DNA of 64,000 nucleotides from Amoebidium appalachense (GCA_963693365.1 CAVNZM010000003.1:6104509-6168508), one strand, 5' to 3'; counted from the first letter of the stretch, positions 1 to 13,974 are shown. Notes: generated by a model not told the origin, from the sequence alone. Program-made: numbers and translations.

Positions 1-340
1 ATAACTCCACATAGAAACATACACATTCGTTCAATAACTCCAAAGCAGTATATTATTGATTACTTAACATGAGATTCGTTACCAACTGAATAAAAACTTA
101 TGAATGATCAATGCGTTAAGTACGTGCTATGTCAATTGTGTGAACATACCCGATTAAAGAAACATCTGCTAGCTTCATGTCACCAAACTACATTTCAACA
201 CTGTTCGTGGTAATACGAGGCGAACTGTTCAAATTCGATAACTGTATCACTCATTACTGCAAGACCTTGCATGCAATATAGACTGAACGAATCACATTAC
301 GACTCCCTTAACAACACGTGTAAGTCCCATACAGGGACCA

Positions 341-341
<1 letters not shown>

Positions 342-379
<38 letters not shown>

Positions 380-403
380 GTGTGCGTGTGCGTGTGTGTG
401 TGT

Positions 404-435
<32 letters not shown>

Positions 436-510
436 CTTCGTGTGTGTGTGTGTTCGTGTGTGCATGTTCGCACACGTGTGTGTGTGTGCGTGTGTGCGTG
501 CGTGTGCGAG
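342..510. repeat. (GT)n compound microsatellite
   Basis: Long TG dinucleotide run with GC/AT interruptions; source of the spurious VC/HT ORFs. Confidence 0.95.
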
Positions 511-1597
511 TACACGTGCATGGGTATTTGTGTTAACATATGGGCGCATTGAGTTGATGTTGCGGTGTTTTTACCATTAACCTGCATGGATGCACGTGTA
601 TGTGTGTATGTCGATCTGTTGTCTGTGTAGGCATGTCTATGCGCGTGGATATCATGTTGCAAAAGCCCTTCGATTCAGCACAATACCATACAAGGAGCAA
701 ACAAAAAATGTGAGAGTAGGTTTAACGGTATCAAATCATGTGTAGACATTCACTCTTAACCCAACACAATCAACACCATAGTTGATGGTTGTGTGATACA
801 CGACTCGTGTGTTGATATGATGTGTGTGGTGAGAGAACACTCGGGTGGGGCAGGGTGTGAATGTCAAGCGTTGCGAGTTCACTCTGGGTTATGAGTGTCT
901 GTGCGTGCATGCATGTACTTGCGTGTTTTTAGGTATGTGTGTATGTGTGCATTGTGCGTGCGTGCCTGGGTGAGTGTGTGCTTGCATGTGTGTGTGCCCG
1001 TGCGTGCATTCCTGCCTGTTGTGTGGGTGTGTTGTGCGCGCATGTGTGTTGGTGGTGGTCACGGGGAATGGGATTCCAGGTGGTCACTACTGATACACCA
1101 ATTGAGATGGATGGATGCCACAACGCCTCAACACAAGAAGTGTGAAGGGCAAAAATGAGGTGACATCACACGGCTGTTGTCCCCTTTTCCTTAGCCACTG
1201 AGCCTGGGCTAGCAGGCAGCTTGTCCTTGCCACTCCTGCACCACAGACCACACCGTCAGTGCTACGTCCACAGCAGGATGCCTTGCCACCCACAAACACT
1301 AGCAGCCCCCCCCCCCCCCCCCCCCCCCCCTCCCCACCCCTTCCTCGAGGTAGAGGGGAAAAAACAAACAAAACAACCCACAAACACAAGCATTGCCTTT
1401 ACTCAACTACAACCCGGCACACATACAACAATCTTTGCACAGACACAACCAAGTCGGGGTGCACATAGCCCCCCTCCCCCCTCCCCCCTCCCCCCCCTCT
1501 CTCCCCTTTCCCCCCTCCCCCTCTTCGACCTTTCCACTCCCAGCCTGCCCTTCCCCATCCACCTATCCCCCTCCCCCCCCCCCCCCCTTCCCCTTCC

Positions 1598-1629
<32 letters not shown>

Positions 1630-1643
1630 ACACACCCACGCAC

Positions 1644-1810
1644 CTTGCCAGTACAGGGACCTTGTTGAGCAGCCTGATAGTGATGGTGGAAGGCACTAGA
1701 AGGGTCGGCTCTCCGTCTATCTGCATGGAGAATGCCCTGCGTGTCGTCACCACCGCCTCACGGCACTGGCAGATGCGCACACACTGGCCAATGCCTACTT
1801 GCTGCTTGGC
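1644..1810 (-). CDS. Exon encoding the C-terminal part of a diacylglycerol kinase accessory domain (partial gene)
   Basis: Bounded by ccccatAG and GTgcgt. Translates AKQQVGIGQCVRICQCREAVVTTRRAFSMQIDGEPTLLVPSTITIRLLNKVPVLA. QCRE...MQ(I/V)DGEP is the hallmark DGK accessory-domain motif (DGK zeta/iota-like). Confidence 0.8.
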
Positions 1811-2240
1811 CTATGGGGAGAAAACGTTAAAAATTAAAAGGGCATTAGAAGAGTATATCCCTCTGGATGTACGATACCCTACCACTAAATTTCGATAAGG
1901 TAAGGACAGAAGATAGACAGCAGCAAAACTGAACAAAACGCCTGTGCGTGTGTGTCTGATGACAACAACAATGAAGAAAGGTATTTTGGAGAAAAGAAGC
2001 TTCATTACTACTAAGTGGGGTATGTTTGCAGCAGTGGCAAGTTTTTTTGGCGATATGGTAAGTGGAGATAATTGGGTTTCGCATTTATTTCTTGCTCAAG
2101 GGGAAAGGTGAGCAAGGAGTGGGGGAGGGCGGATTTGGGGAAAAGGCAGGTTGTGTGTTTGTGTGTGCCTGTGCGCGCGGGCACGCAGACGATGTATGTG
2201 TGTGTGTGTGTGTGGTGTGTGTGTGTGTGTGTGTGTGTGT

Positions 2241-2321
2241 CATGCATGCGTGCAGGTGCCTTTCCGTGGTGTGTGTGTGTGTGTGTGTGTGTGTCATGCA
2301 TGCGCGCAGGTGTCTTCCCGT

Positions 2322-2362
<41 letters not shown>

Positions 2363-2783
2363 GGGGGGAGCCAGGGGGGGGGGGGTTAGCCGAGTGCATA
2401 CATGCGTGCAGGTGCCTTTCCGTGGTGTGTGTGTGTGTGTGTGTGTGTGTCATGCATGCGTGCAGGTGCCTTTCCGTGGTGTGTGTGTGTGTGTGTGTGT
2501 GTGTGTAGGGGGGGAGCCAGGGGGAGGGGGGGGGGTTAGCCGAGTGCATACATGCGTGCAGGTGCCTTTCCGTGGTGTGTGTGTGTGTGTGTGTGTGTGT
2601 CATGCATGCGTGCAGGTGTCTTCCCGTGGTGTGTGTGTGTGTGTGTGTGTGTCATGCATGCGTGCAGGTGCCTTCCCGTGGTGTGTGTGTGTGTGTGTGT
2701 GTGTCATGCATGCGTGCAGGTGCCTTCCCGTGGTGTGTGTGTGTGTGTGTGTGTGTCATGCATGCGTGCAGGTGCCTTCCCGT

Positions 2784-2818
<35 letters not shown>

Positions 2819-2934
2819 GGGGGAGCCAGGGGGGGGGGGGGGTTAGCCGAGTGCATACATGCGTGCAGGTGCCTTTCCGTGGTGTGTGTGTGTGTGTGTG
2901 TGTGTGTCATGCATGCGTGCAGGTGCCTTCCCGT

Positions 2935-2976
<42 letters not shown>

Positions 2977-3002
2977 ATGCATGCGTGCAGGTGCCTTCCC
3001 GT

Positions 3003-3046
<44 letters not shown>

Positions 3047-3308
3047 TAGGGGGGGAGCCAGAGGGGGGGGGGGGGTTAGCCGAGTGCATACATGCGTGCA
3101 GGTGCCTTTCCGTGGTGTGTGTGTGTGTGTGTGTGTGTCATGCATGCGTGCAGGTGCCTTCCCGTGGTGTGTGTGTGTGTGTGTGTGTGTGTGTAGGGGG
3201 GGGAGCCAGGGGGGGATAAGCCGAGGTGCATGCATGGTGCAGGTGCCTTCCCGTGGTGTGTGTGTGTGTGTGTGTGTGTGTCATGCATGCGTGCAGGTGC
3301 CTTCCCGT

Positions 3309-3345
<37 letters not shown>

Positions 3346-3455
3346 GGGGGGAGCCAGGGGGGGGGGATAAGCCGAGGTGCATGCATGGTGCAGGTGCCTT
3401 CCCGTGGTGTGTGTGTGTGTGTGTGTGTCATGCATGCGTGCAGGTGCCTTCCCGT

Positions 3456-3498
<43 letters not shown>

Positions 3499-3668
3499 GG
3501 GGGGAGCCAGGGGGGGGGGGATAAGCCGAGGTGCATGCATGGTGCAGGTGCCTTCCCGTGGTGTGTGTGTGTGTGTGTGTGTGTGTCATGCATGCGTGCA
3601 GGTGCCTTCCCGTGGTGTGTGTGTGTGTGTGTGTGTGTGTCATGCATGCGTGCAGGTGCCTTCCCGTG

Positions 3669-3681
<13 letters not shown>
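2241..3681. repeat. Higher-order tandem array: ~21 copies of CATGCATGCGTGCAGGTGCCTTCCCGTG separated by variable (GT)n, with 7 G-rich GGGGAGCCAGGGG..(T/A)AGCCGAG cassettes
   Basis: Counted by eye. Cassette variant TTAGCCGAGTGCATAC occurs in the first four cassettes and ATAAGCCGAGGTGCATG in the last three. Confidence 0.92.
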
Positions 3682-3699
<18 letters not shown>

Positions 3700-3720
3700 G
3701 GGGGGGGGAAGGGGGTTAAC

Positions 3721-4660
3721 CTTTCTAGGCCGCTTTTTGGGAGTGTCAATTTCTCTGGCACTATCAGCCTCGCTATCATGGCGTTCATCCCCAGTCCTGC
3801 CCAACTCTTCTTCGTCGCTGACGTCACCTTTGCTGATCACTCGGCGCTTGCTGGCCGGTAGCTCGGGTGTGACCAGTGTATCGGCCTCACTTTTCCTCTT
3901 CCTGCCACGGCCGCCAACCTGATTTGGAAACCGGTCAAAAAATCGGGCATTTGGGGTGTGTGTTTGTGTGTGCGTGTGTGTTTATGAGTGTGTTTGTGTG
4001 TTAAGTTTTTTGGGGGCTTCAGGGTGCGGGAGGGTGTGGGAGGTTGCGTGAAGAGAGTTATGTTGGGGTTGTGAGGGGGGTTCGACACGCATACTACTAG
4101 TCATATCCTTCGTCATCATGCCATTGGATGGGGAGCTGGAGTTGGGGGTGGAGGCTCTAGAGGGGTGTGTGCGTGTGATTGTGTGTGAAGGGGAAGGGGG
4201 GAGGTGGGGGGGGGGGGGGGGGGGGGGAGGGGGGGAGGGGGGGGGGGTACCACCTGCCGCCCCGTTGCCTTGGGCTCTTCCGACGCATAATTCACTTGTT
4301 GGCTGGCATGTGTTGTTGGTGCCTGCATCAGGGGAAAAGGTCAATACTTCTTATCAGGGCGGTCAATACATCTATTGTAAGTGACACCTAAGACATTGCC
4401 GAGTCTCCATGTATCGACAAAGTGATATGCCCAAGCCTAAGTGATATGGCATGGTGCAATAAACACTGTAAACATCAAGTCTGATCATTTTCGAAACAAT
4501 TTGCCTTACAATCCTATTTACGTTACTGAACCAACATTATAATCAACATTAAATTCTAGTGTCAGGCTATTTAGTAGTGAGTGTGTGCGTACGTTGTTTT
4601 TCTTTTTCTTCCTGCAGTTATATTCCTTTTGGTTGCTTGTTTGGTTGGTACCGGTTGGTT

Positions 4661-4704
<44 letters not shown>

Positions 4705-4762
4705 GGGGGGGGGGGGGGGATCACCTGTTGCGCCGCTGCCTTTGGCTGTGTCAACATATCAC
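3721..4762 (-). CDS. Putative internal exons of an unknown low-complexity, basic/acidic protein (4762-4725, 4322-4254, 3918-3721)
   Basis: Non-repetitive islands with cAG/GT borders that join in frame: DMLTQPKAAAQQ|APTTHASQQVNYASEEPKATGRQ|VGGRGRKRKSEADTLV...TPKKRPRK (NLS-like). No recognisable family. Confidence 0.45.
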
Positions 4763-4794
4763 CTGCTTTTTGACTGACTGCACACACAGAACAA

Positions 4795-5514
4795 GTGCGC
4801 GCTATCGTTGCAGGTGCAGTCGAAGAGGAGTGGGATGCACAGGCCGAGTATGCCGAGTGCTACCAGGGTCACGGTCTTGTGGAGGAGCTAGCCCTTTTCT
4901 ACCAAGAGGAGCAAGATGATGCCCTCATCAGGCGCAAGCTGCAAGCCCAGCCCTATGCCCCCACCAACCCATCCTACTCACCTTTGCCGACCAACAAGCG
5001 CACCAAGTTTGACTTTATGGTGCAGGAAGAGACTCCAAAGACGGTGCAGACCCCCCCAACTACACCCGTCATTGTGTATTTGGCCAATGTAGCCCCAGGG
5101 ACCACCACCGACGAAGGTACACAGTCATCCCTGCACGCACACACACACCGTCAGTCGCACCTCAATGTAACCTTCCTTGCACGCACAACCCACCAACAAC
5201 ACCTCTCTCCTGGTCTCAATGCGATAGATATACAAATATATCCCAACCCCCCTCCCGGCACTTTTGCCGCCACTTATATCACCTCTGAGGCTCTCAATAA
5301 TCACCACAGAAGTATGGTATGCCTTATTCTTACGCATGCAACCCCCTACCCCATCTCTATCCCTGTGTATAATTATGGTAACACTTCTATTCTTCCCCGG
5401 GATTTTGTTGTGGCTCGTGTAGATTTAATCGATATGGAAGGAGAAACACTACACACTTTAACAAGAGGCATGTTGGGCAAAATCTTCCCCGAGAGTCTTG
5501 AACTCACCCACTGA
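4795..5514 (+). CDS. Gypsy pre-RT ORF fragment with a possible degenerate dUTPase-like beta domain
   Basis: 239-aa non-repetitive ORF directly upstream of RT. ISIPVYNYGNTSILPRDFVVARV resembles the spacing of the dUTPase I.V.L.N.G....I....RIAQ region. Confidence 0.4.
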   Translation: MRAIVAGAVEEEWDAQAEYAECYQGHGLVEELALFYQEEQDDALIRRKLQAQPYAPTNPSYSPLPTNKRTKFDFMVQEETPKTVQTPPTTPVIVYLANVAPGTTTDEGTQSSLHAHTHRQSHLNVTFLARTTHQQHLSPGLNAIDIQIYPNPPPGTFAATYITSEALNNHHRSMVCLILTHATPYPISIPVYNYGNTSILPRDFVVARVDLIDMEGETLHTLTRGMLGKIFPESLELTH

Positions 5515-5754
5515 TGGTGGCGCCCCACAGGGACACAGCAGACCGGTGAGCCTTCCGCCTGAGGTGGCATTGCTGGTTAACGAACAGCTGGATCTAACAG
5601 CCCCTGCACCAAACCAGCAACAATTAGTCCCCATGACCACCGACTTTGACCCGACAGACTACTGCCCTCTATCATGCCTATGTACCTGCTATCATAAACG
5701 TGATTCATGTAGTGTTTGTTCTAGACTTAATTTTGCTTATCCTGCCCACACTAC

Positions 5755-5960
5755 TTGTTTACTTTCGCATTCTCCTTCTTTATCCCCTTCCCCTGCTTCC
5801 CCACTTTCCCCGGCTCCTTCCCCTCATGCCCCCCTCCCGGTGTCCTCTTGTTTCTCTTCCTCTCTTGCTTCTCTGCCCTCTTCTCCCTCTCCCCCCCCCT
5901 CTTGCATTTCCCTCTTCCCCCCTCTTTCCCTCCCCTCTTCCTCCCCTTCCCCTCTCTCTT

Positions 5961-6004
<44 letters not shown>

Positions 6005-8694
6005 ATCCCCCCCCCACCCCCCCACCCCCCTTCCCACCCCCACCCCCCTCCTCCCCTCCGTCCTTCCCCCCAACCCCACACCAACCCCTCATAAGCTCAT
6101 CTTTACATTCACTTGTCCTTTCTGTGGGTAATAGCATGCATACTATAATAAATAACGACACATGTGGTTATAATAGCCTAAATAGTGATATAAACCAAAA
6201 TAATAATAATCTAACGCATTCCTACCGTAGAGACGGTGATAAGTGTTTGTACACGTATGTACATTCCCCTCCTGTGTGTAACAATTTTATAAAGGAGGTA
6301 GATATTACGATAAACAAGAATAATGAGTTTATCTCAACGAATAACGATAAACAGTATATCTCGTCTGAGTATATCTCTAAGCATATCTCAACCGAAAATT
6401 CGTATATCTCTCCGATCGGTAAATCGGATATCTCACCTGCTACGGCTTTCATTGGAGTATGTAGCCCAGAATCAGATGATGACGGTGATGATAAACCCCC
6501 TGCCACCACTAACTTGGTTCCTGCGGAGCCAACGTTTGGTGAGCGCCTAAATAAAGGTCAAATTGACCAACTAAAACAGATTATCTCCGAATTTCCAGAT
6601 GTGTTTAAGGTAAGAGTAGCCTCCATGGCTGAATTAGGGATAAAACACTACATTGACGTAGGAGACCACCCCCCCATTGCTGTTAAACCTTACCGCACAT
6701 CGCACGCCGAGAGAGAAGTAATTAGAAAAGAAATTGCAGAAATGTTAAAAATGGACGCGATTGAACCCAGCTCTAGTGCATGGGCAAGTCCAGTTGTATT
6801 AGTCCCCAAGAAAAACACCACGAAATTACGATTCTGTGTCGATTATAGAAATACGGTATACAAAGTGGCTAAGAAAAATGCTTATCCCCTACCCTCTATC
6901 CAAGAAGCTTTAGATTCTTTTGCCGGTTGTACTATCTTCACAGTGTTTGACCTCGCCCATGGATATTGGCTTTTACCAATGGCCGAACAGTCTAAAGAAC
7001 TCACTGCAGTCACCACACACATGGGTTTGTTCCAATTTAAAAATATGCCGTTTGGTTTATCTGCCGCACCCGGTACATTTCAGCGCTGTGTAAATCAAAT
7101 ATTAAACAGAGCACATGCCTATGCAAAAGCCTATCTCGATGATATAATTGTCGCTTCTAAGTCTTTCGGAGAACATCTTGTGCATGTACGAGATATACTA
7201 CGAAGATTAAATGATGCAGGTGCATGTGTGCAACTTGCAAAATGTGCTTTCGGAACTCACAGCACACCTTACCTTGGGCATGTTGTCTCGGTAGACGGCA
7301 TCTCTGTAGACGAATCAAAAATCGACAAAGTACGTGATTGGCCTGTACCACAAAACATTAGTGAGCTTCGTTCTTTCTTAGGCTTAGCCAATTACTATCG
7401 ACGTTTTGTATGCAATTTTTCTTCTGTTACTGCCCCCCTCCGCCTTCTACATCGCGCCGATGCCATATGGCACTGGGGTGAAGCCCAACAAAACGCATTT
7501 AACACACTCAAACATTTACTTATCACTGCCCCCATCCTTGCCCACCCCCGCTTTGATAGAGAATTTATACTGTACACGGATGCAAGTTATTCTGGCCTAG
7601 GCGCAGTGTTAGAACAACACGATGATGAGGGTATTTCACATGTAATAGCATATGCCAGCCGCTCCCTACACGACACAGAAACCAGATACGCAGTCACAGA
7701 ATTAGAGTGTGCAGCCCTCGTGTGGGCAACAGAACACTTCCGTCCTTATTTATTTCAGACACATTTCAAAGTAGTGTGCGACCACACAGCCCTAAAAGCC
7801 CTACTTACCAAAGAATTGCCGAATCCCAGGTTACAACGCTGGGCACTCAAATTACAGAGTATGGATTTTACAATAATTGCCCGGCCCGGCACACAGCATG
7901 TGAATGCCGATGCCCTTTCCCGTCTCCCCGCGGTGACTGCTTCGCATTCCCTTTCTGCGGAACCAAGTAAGTACACACGCACACCCGTCCACTTGAGTAA
8001 TATTCCACATATGCCAAAGAAACGAACGGAGTTGTTTCCCTTAGAGGGAGGGATGCCATACACGACCCCTCAAGCGGACAGCACGACTGACTATGCGCAC
8101 AGCGTGAAAGCACTACCACAGGCACCTTCTCTAGAGACACGTACCACCGCATACATCACTAGAGAAGCATTGCGTAGTAGCTCGAAAATAGGGAGAACGG
8201 AAGCTCAAGATGCAACACTAATAGAGAAAAACACATGTGCAAATACTATTAACCCGGAGACAAACACGTACGACACACCCCTTCACACACAAAACACACA
8301 CAACCACACACACAACACACACACCCACACACCCAATGCTTCCACACTCACGCACGCAGACACACCACACACACACACACCTACACAAAACAAAGATAAC
8401 ACACAAATGAAAGGACGTGAACATGATTTACAGCCAATGGATATTTACGATGAGCCCCAAAACACAACAAACAAGCGCGAAAACAAAACACAAACACCAG
8501 ACACACATGAAATAACGCCACCGCCAGCCAAGAAGGCACGGATTATTGCATCAACAGACACAACAGACACACAAAACGACACAAACAACACCACACTGTC
8601 ACACACCGATCCCAAAAGACACACAGACACACTGGATAGAGCCGCGTTTTCGAAATATAACACCAACAGAAGTACGCGCATATCAAAGAAATGA
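5755..8694 (+). CDS. pol: Gypsy reverse transcriptase + RNase H (open frame; the start is artificial, within a C-rich tract)
   Basis: Motifs WASPVVLVPKK, LRFCVDYR, DLAHGYW, MPFGL, YLDDII, FLGLANYYRRFV, TDASYSGLGAVL, ELECAALVWA, CDHTAL, NADALSR. Confidence 0.95.
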
Positions 8695-10155
8695 CCCGAC
8701 ATGCAAAGCAATCATTGACTATGTAACACAACAAATAACACCCACCGATGATAAGGTATACAGAGAAATATTACTGTGCAAAGACGCATACATCGTGCAT
8801 GATGATATTTTATATAGAGTAAGCATTCCACAGTCACGAAAAGACCCAAAAGATATTTTACGCCACGCATGATTATATGTTCCCTACGGCCTCAGACACA
8901 ACACATTCCTTGCATGCCACGAGGATTTATCAGCTGGACACTACGGGTTTAATAAAACCTATATAAGAATACGCGAGCGCTTTTTCTGGCCATCCATGTA
9001 CGCAGACATACTTACATGGTGTCGTGGATGCAAAGTATGTGCAACACGAAAATCTTACCCGCGCATACGCATGCCGTCCACTTTCCGCGAACCAGAAAGA
9101 CCCCTCGACGTAGTCGCCTTGGACTCCATAGTGGGACCACTTAACCCACTCAACACTGAATGGGAATACGCACATATTAGTAGCTATCGATGAATTTACA
9201 CGGTGGCCAGAAGCATGGCCTATGACCGAACCCACTTCCGAGAAAATCGCCAAAATATTAGTGGAAGAATTTATATGTAGGCATGGGATAGCCAAAAGCT
9301 TTCGGTTAGACAGAGCAAATTATTTCATAAGTAAATTATTTACTGCAATATGCCAAGCATTAGGCACAGAACAAAAACTCACGCCCGCATATTATCATGA
9401 TGCCAATGGACAGTGTGAAAAATTAAACCGGGATTTAACAAATAACCTAGCTATGTTCACGCAAGAGTACACAAAAACATGGGACTTATATGTGCCGTAT
9501 ATTCTTTTTGCATGCAGAAACACAGTGTGCAGTGCAACAGGACACACACCAGCAGAGCTCATGTATGGAAGAACGTTGCAATCACCCTATGACCAACTAT
9601 TAAATCACCCTAGTGACATCCCCTACTCACCGAAGGAATATTACCAACACTTATTAAAAATCTACGTTTTGCACAATGTCATGCACGTGCAGCAGAAATC
9701 TCCCGAATTGAAAAGCGAAATGAGCACACAAAGCCAAGTTTTGGGAAAAAGGTGACAAAGTATGGTTATATATACCAAGAAAAATAAAGGGTGTATCTCG
9801 AAAGCTCCTGCATATGTGGCACGGTCCTTACACAATAGTGAAACATGTAACAAACTCAACCTACGAACTAGCTAAAACAAAAGGAAAGAAACTTAAAGCC
9901 CCCGTGCATGTATCCCGCATCAAGCCTTACTATAATCCTAATGCAAGACCCACCGATAAAATCCCTATGCCTATAATTGACAGTCCACTCACCGAAACAG
10001 ATATTCCCTCTCCACGTGATGCCACACCTATAGCTGTAACGGGACAAATTGCTTCCAAAAGTGGAAGATATTGGAGAATAAAATGGTCTGACGGACAAGA
10101 AAACTATGATATGCCCCTCCACCATATGATGCACAAAGGTGGTGCACCGGCCTAG
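8630..10155 (+). pseudogene. Disrupted Gypsy integrase (HHCC zinc finger, DDE core, GPY/F, chromo-like tail)
   Basis: Across frames: CHEDLSAGHYG..FFWPSMYADILTWCRGCKVC; VVALD; IDEFTRWPEA; FRLDRANYF; ANGQCEKLN; WHGPYTIV; VHVSRIKPY. Confidence 0.92.
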
Positions 10156-11089
10156 GTTGATATTTCCCTTAAACATACTTGTATTTATAAGTGATAAGCT
10201 ATGTTCGATATAAAGGTTTTTAAAATGCACTGAGCATATGGTTAAAGGAGAACACAGCCGCTGTTTCGGCCCGGTTGAGGTCATTATGGTGTCAAGCGAA
10301 TGATCATGAGTAGGTTTTTTTTTTTTAAAATAGGTAGAAGCATCAACGCACGGACCCAGGCTGAGCCAACCTTGGTTTTCACGGAGTGGGCCGCAGCAGC
10401 TGGCAGCTGCCAGCTTTTGCACAAGCTGCAGCTGGCCGCCCAAATAGATGATTGTGCCGAAACACCAATCATATTTCAGAATATATAAAAGCCTTGTATA
10501 GCTACTGATATATGACGAATCATACTACGAGGCTATTTTATTGGACACATAATAGCCAAATACGGATCGTTATTTACTGTTGTCAGCGAATAGAATGAAT
10601 CTTATCTCAAGTTATCCCAGCCGCTTAGCCTCGGGAACAACAACAGATCGAGATACATTTGTACAACACGTAAGGCTATACGACTGTACAACAGTACTGT
10701 GTTTCGACAATTCGAGTCATCCATTTTCGACCACCCACCATGAATGATCTAATAATTATAAAGCCACGTTTGAGTGTGCAACAGTAAGCTGTGTTGAAAC
10801 CCCTGGTTTCTGAACTACATTCCCTTGTGTGAGCCCAATGCTCCTAGGCGCACTTAGATTCATGCACTAAAGCTGCAGGTTGCATCTTGCCCAAAGCTGA
10901 GAAATGGACCAGTCTACATGTTCAGGTTGCACAGTTACTTGTTCCCGTCTACTGCTCTCTTTTTCTAAGCTGATTGAAACGACATGCTACAAGTTGAGAC
11001 CACGTCCTGTCTGCAATGGCCTATCGCATTGCCATGGATGCCCTGAGAGTCCGGTCAACCTGCCTGTTATGTCCTGTGAACACAAACAC

Positions 11090-12766
<1,677 letters not shown>

Positions 12767-13557
12767 TTGTTTTGTACTGGTCTAAGGGAGCAGAGTGCAC
12801 AGAGGTGTCATGTAAACACGACAAACACAATATGGAGAGGGCAATCGGAGTTGTTCACGACACAAGAAAGTTTGAAACAACAACTGACGTTTATTGCACT
12901 CTCGGGCTATTTTGTTCTGGCTCATTCATCATCTCATCTCAACTAGTGACGTAGAAAACTAAAAGCAATCATATGTTGTTGACATAACCCCCCCCCCCCC
13001 CCCCCCCAGTAACCCACCCCTTCTCCCCCCCTCGCTCTCTTCTCTCTCCAGACTCGTTTTCACCATTGTTGATTCTCCCCCCCCCCCCCCCCCCCCCCGC
13101 CCCCCCTCTTTCCTCCCCCCCCCCCCCCCTCCTCCTTCTCCTACCGGGAAAAAACAAAAAACTTTGAACTCCACAAACACACGCGTACCCATATAAACAC
13201 ACGTGCATGTGCCGACGGCGCACATATGCACACCCATCCCACACGTGAACAAAATGAACGCATGATGCGTATATGGTCCTCCTGACTATGCCAGGAGTTA
13301 AAGGTTTATATATATAGATATATATATTTTACTTACTAAGTTATCTTTATCTCTAAAGTTTGGTGGTGGTGAGCTGTGGTTGTGGTGACAGTGATGGGGT
13401 GGGTAGGTGGGTGGGGGGAGCGGAGGGAAAGGGGAGAGGGGAAGGAGGGGGGAGGGGGGGGGGGGAGGTCCTGGAGGGGAAGAACCTTTTTTTTTTTTTT
13501 TTTTTTCCTCAATGATTTTGTCTAGGCGGCTGTGGGGATAAATGTGTGAGGACCAGG

Positions 13558-13974
13558 CCACATGGCAGAGTCAACTTGCAAAAAGCAGGATTATTCTGCA
13601 AAAAGCAGAATTATTCTGCAAAAGCATAATCGCTCTGCTTTTAGCAGAATCACTCTGCTTTTAGAAGAATTATTCCGCTAAAAGCAGAATCATTCTGCTT
13701 TCGACAGCAGAATAATTCTTCCTTTAGCAGAATGATTCTGCTTTTAGCAGATTGATTCTGCATTTAGCAGATTGATTCTGCTTTTAGCAGACTGATTCTG
13801 CTGTTTGCAGAGTTCTACTTTAAGCAGATTGATTCTGCTTTAGCATGCTTTAGCAGAATAATTCTGCTTTTAGCAGATTGATTCTGTTTTTTGCAAGATG
13901 ATTCTGCTTTTGCAGAATAATTCTGCTTTTTGCGGAATATTTCTGCTCGGAGCAAGTTGACTCAGCTGATGTGG
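13558..13974. mobile_element. Foldback-like MITE with imperfect TIRs and internal tandem palindromes
   Basis: Left end CCACATGGCAGAGTCAACTTGC, right end GCAAGTTGACTCAGCTGATGTGG. The interior is ~20-bp units around the quasi-palindrome GCAGAAT(T/A)ATTCTGC, with A-run spacers at the left end and T-run spacers toward the right. Confidence 0.7.

Larger units (their letters stand above)
4795..10155 (+). mobile_element. Degenerate Ty3/Gypsy LTR retrotransposon (pol region; no LTRs, gag or protease seen)
   Basis: Domain order RT-RNaseH-integrase-GPY/F. The integrase has frameshifts and a premature TGA at 8870-8872. Confidence 0.95.

Noticed and set aside
2241-3681. CRISPR array
   Set aside because: The spacers are just (GT)n, there are no cas genes, and the context is eukaryotic.
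10156-10900. 3' LTR of the Gypsy element
   Set aside because: No polypurine tract, TG..CA bounds or matching 5' copy were seen.
10987-11073. Possible minus-strand terminal exon (DITGRLTGLSGHPWQCDRPL...)
   Set aside because: An acceptor-like site is present, but the peptide is short and unrecognisable and has no partner exons.
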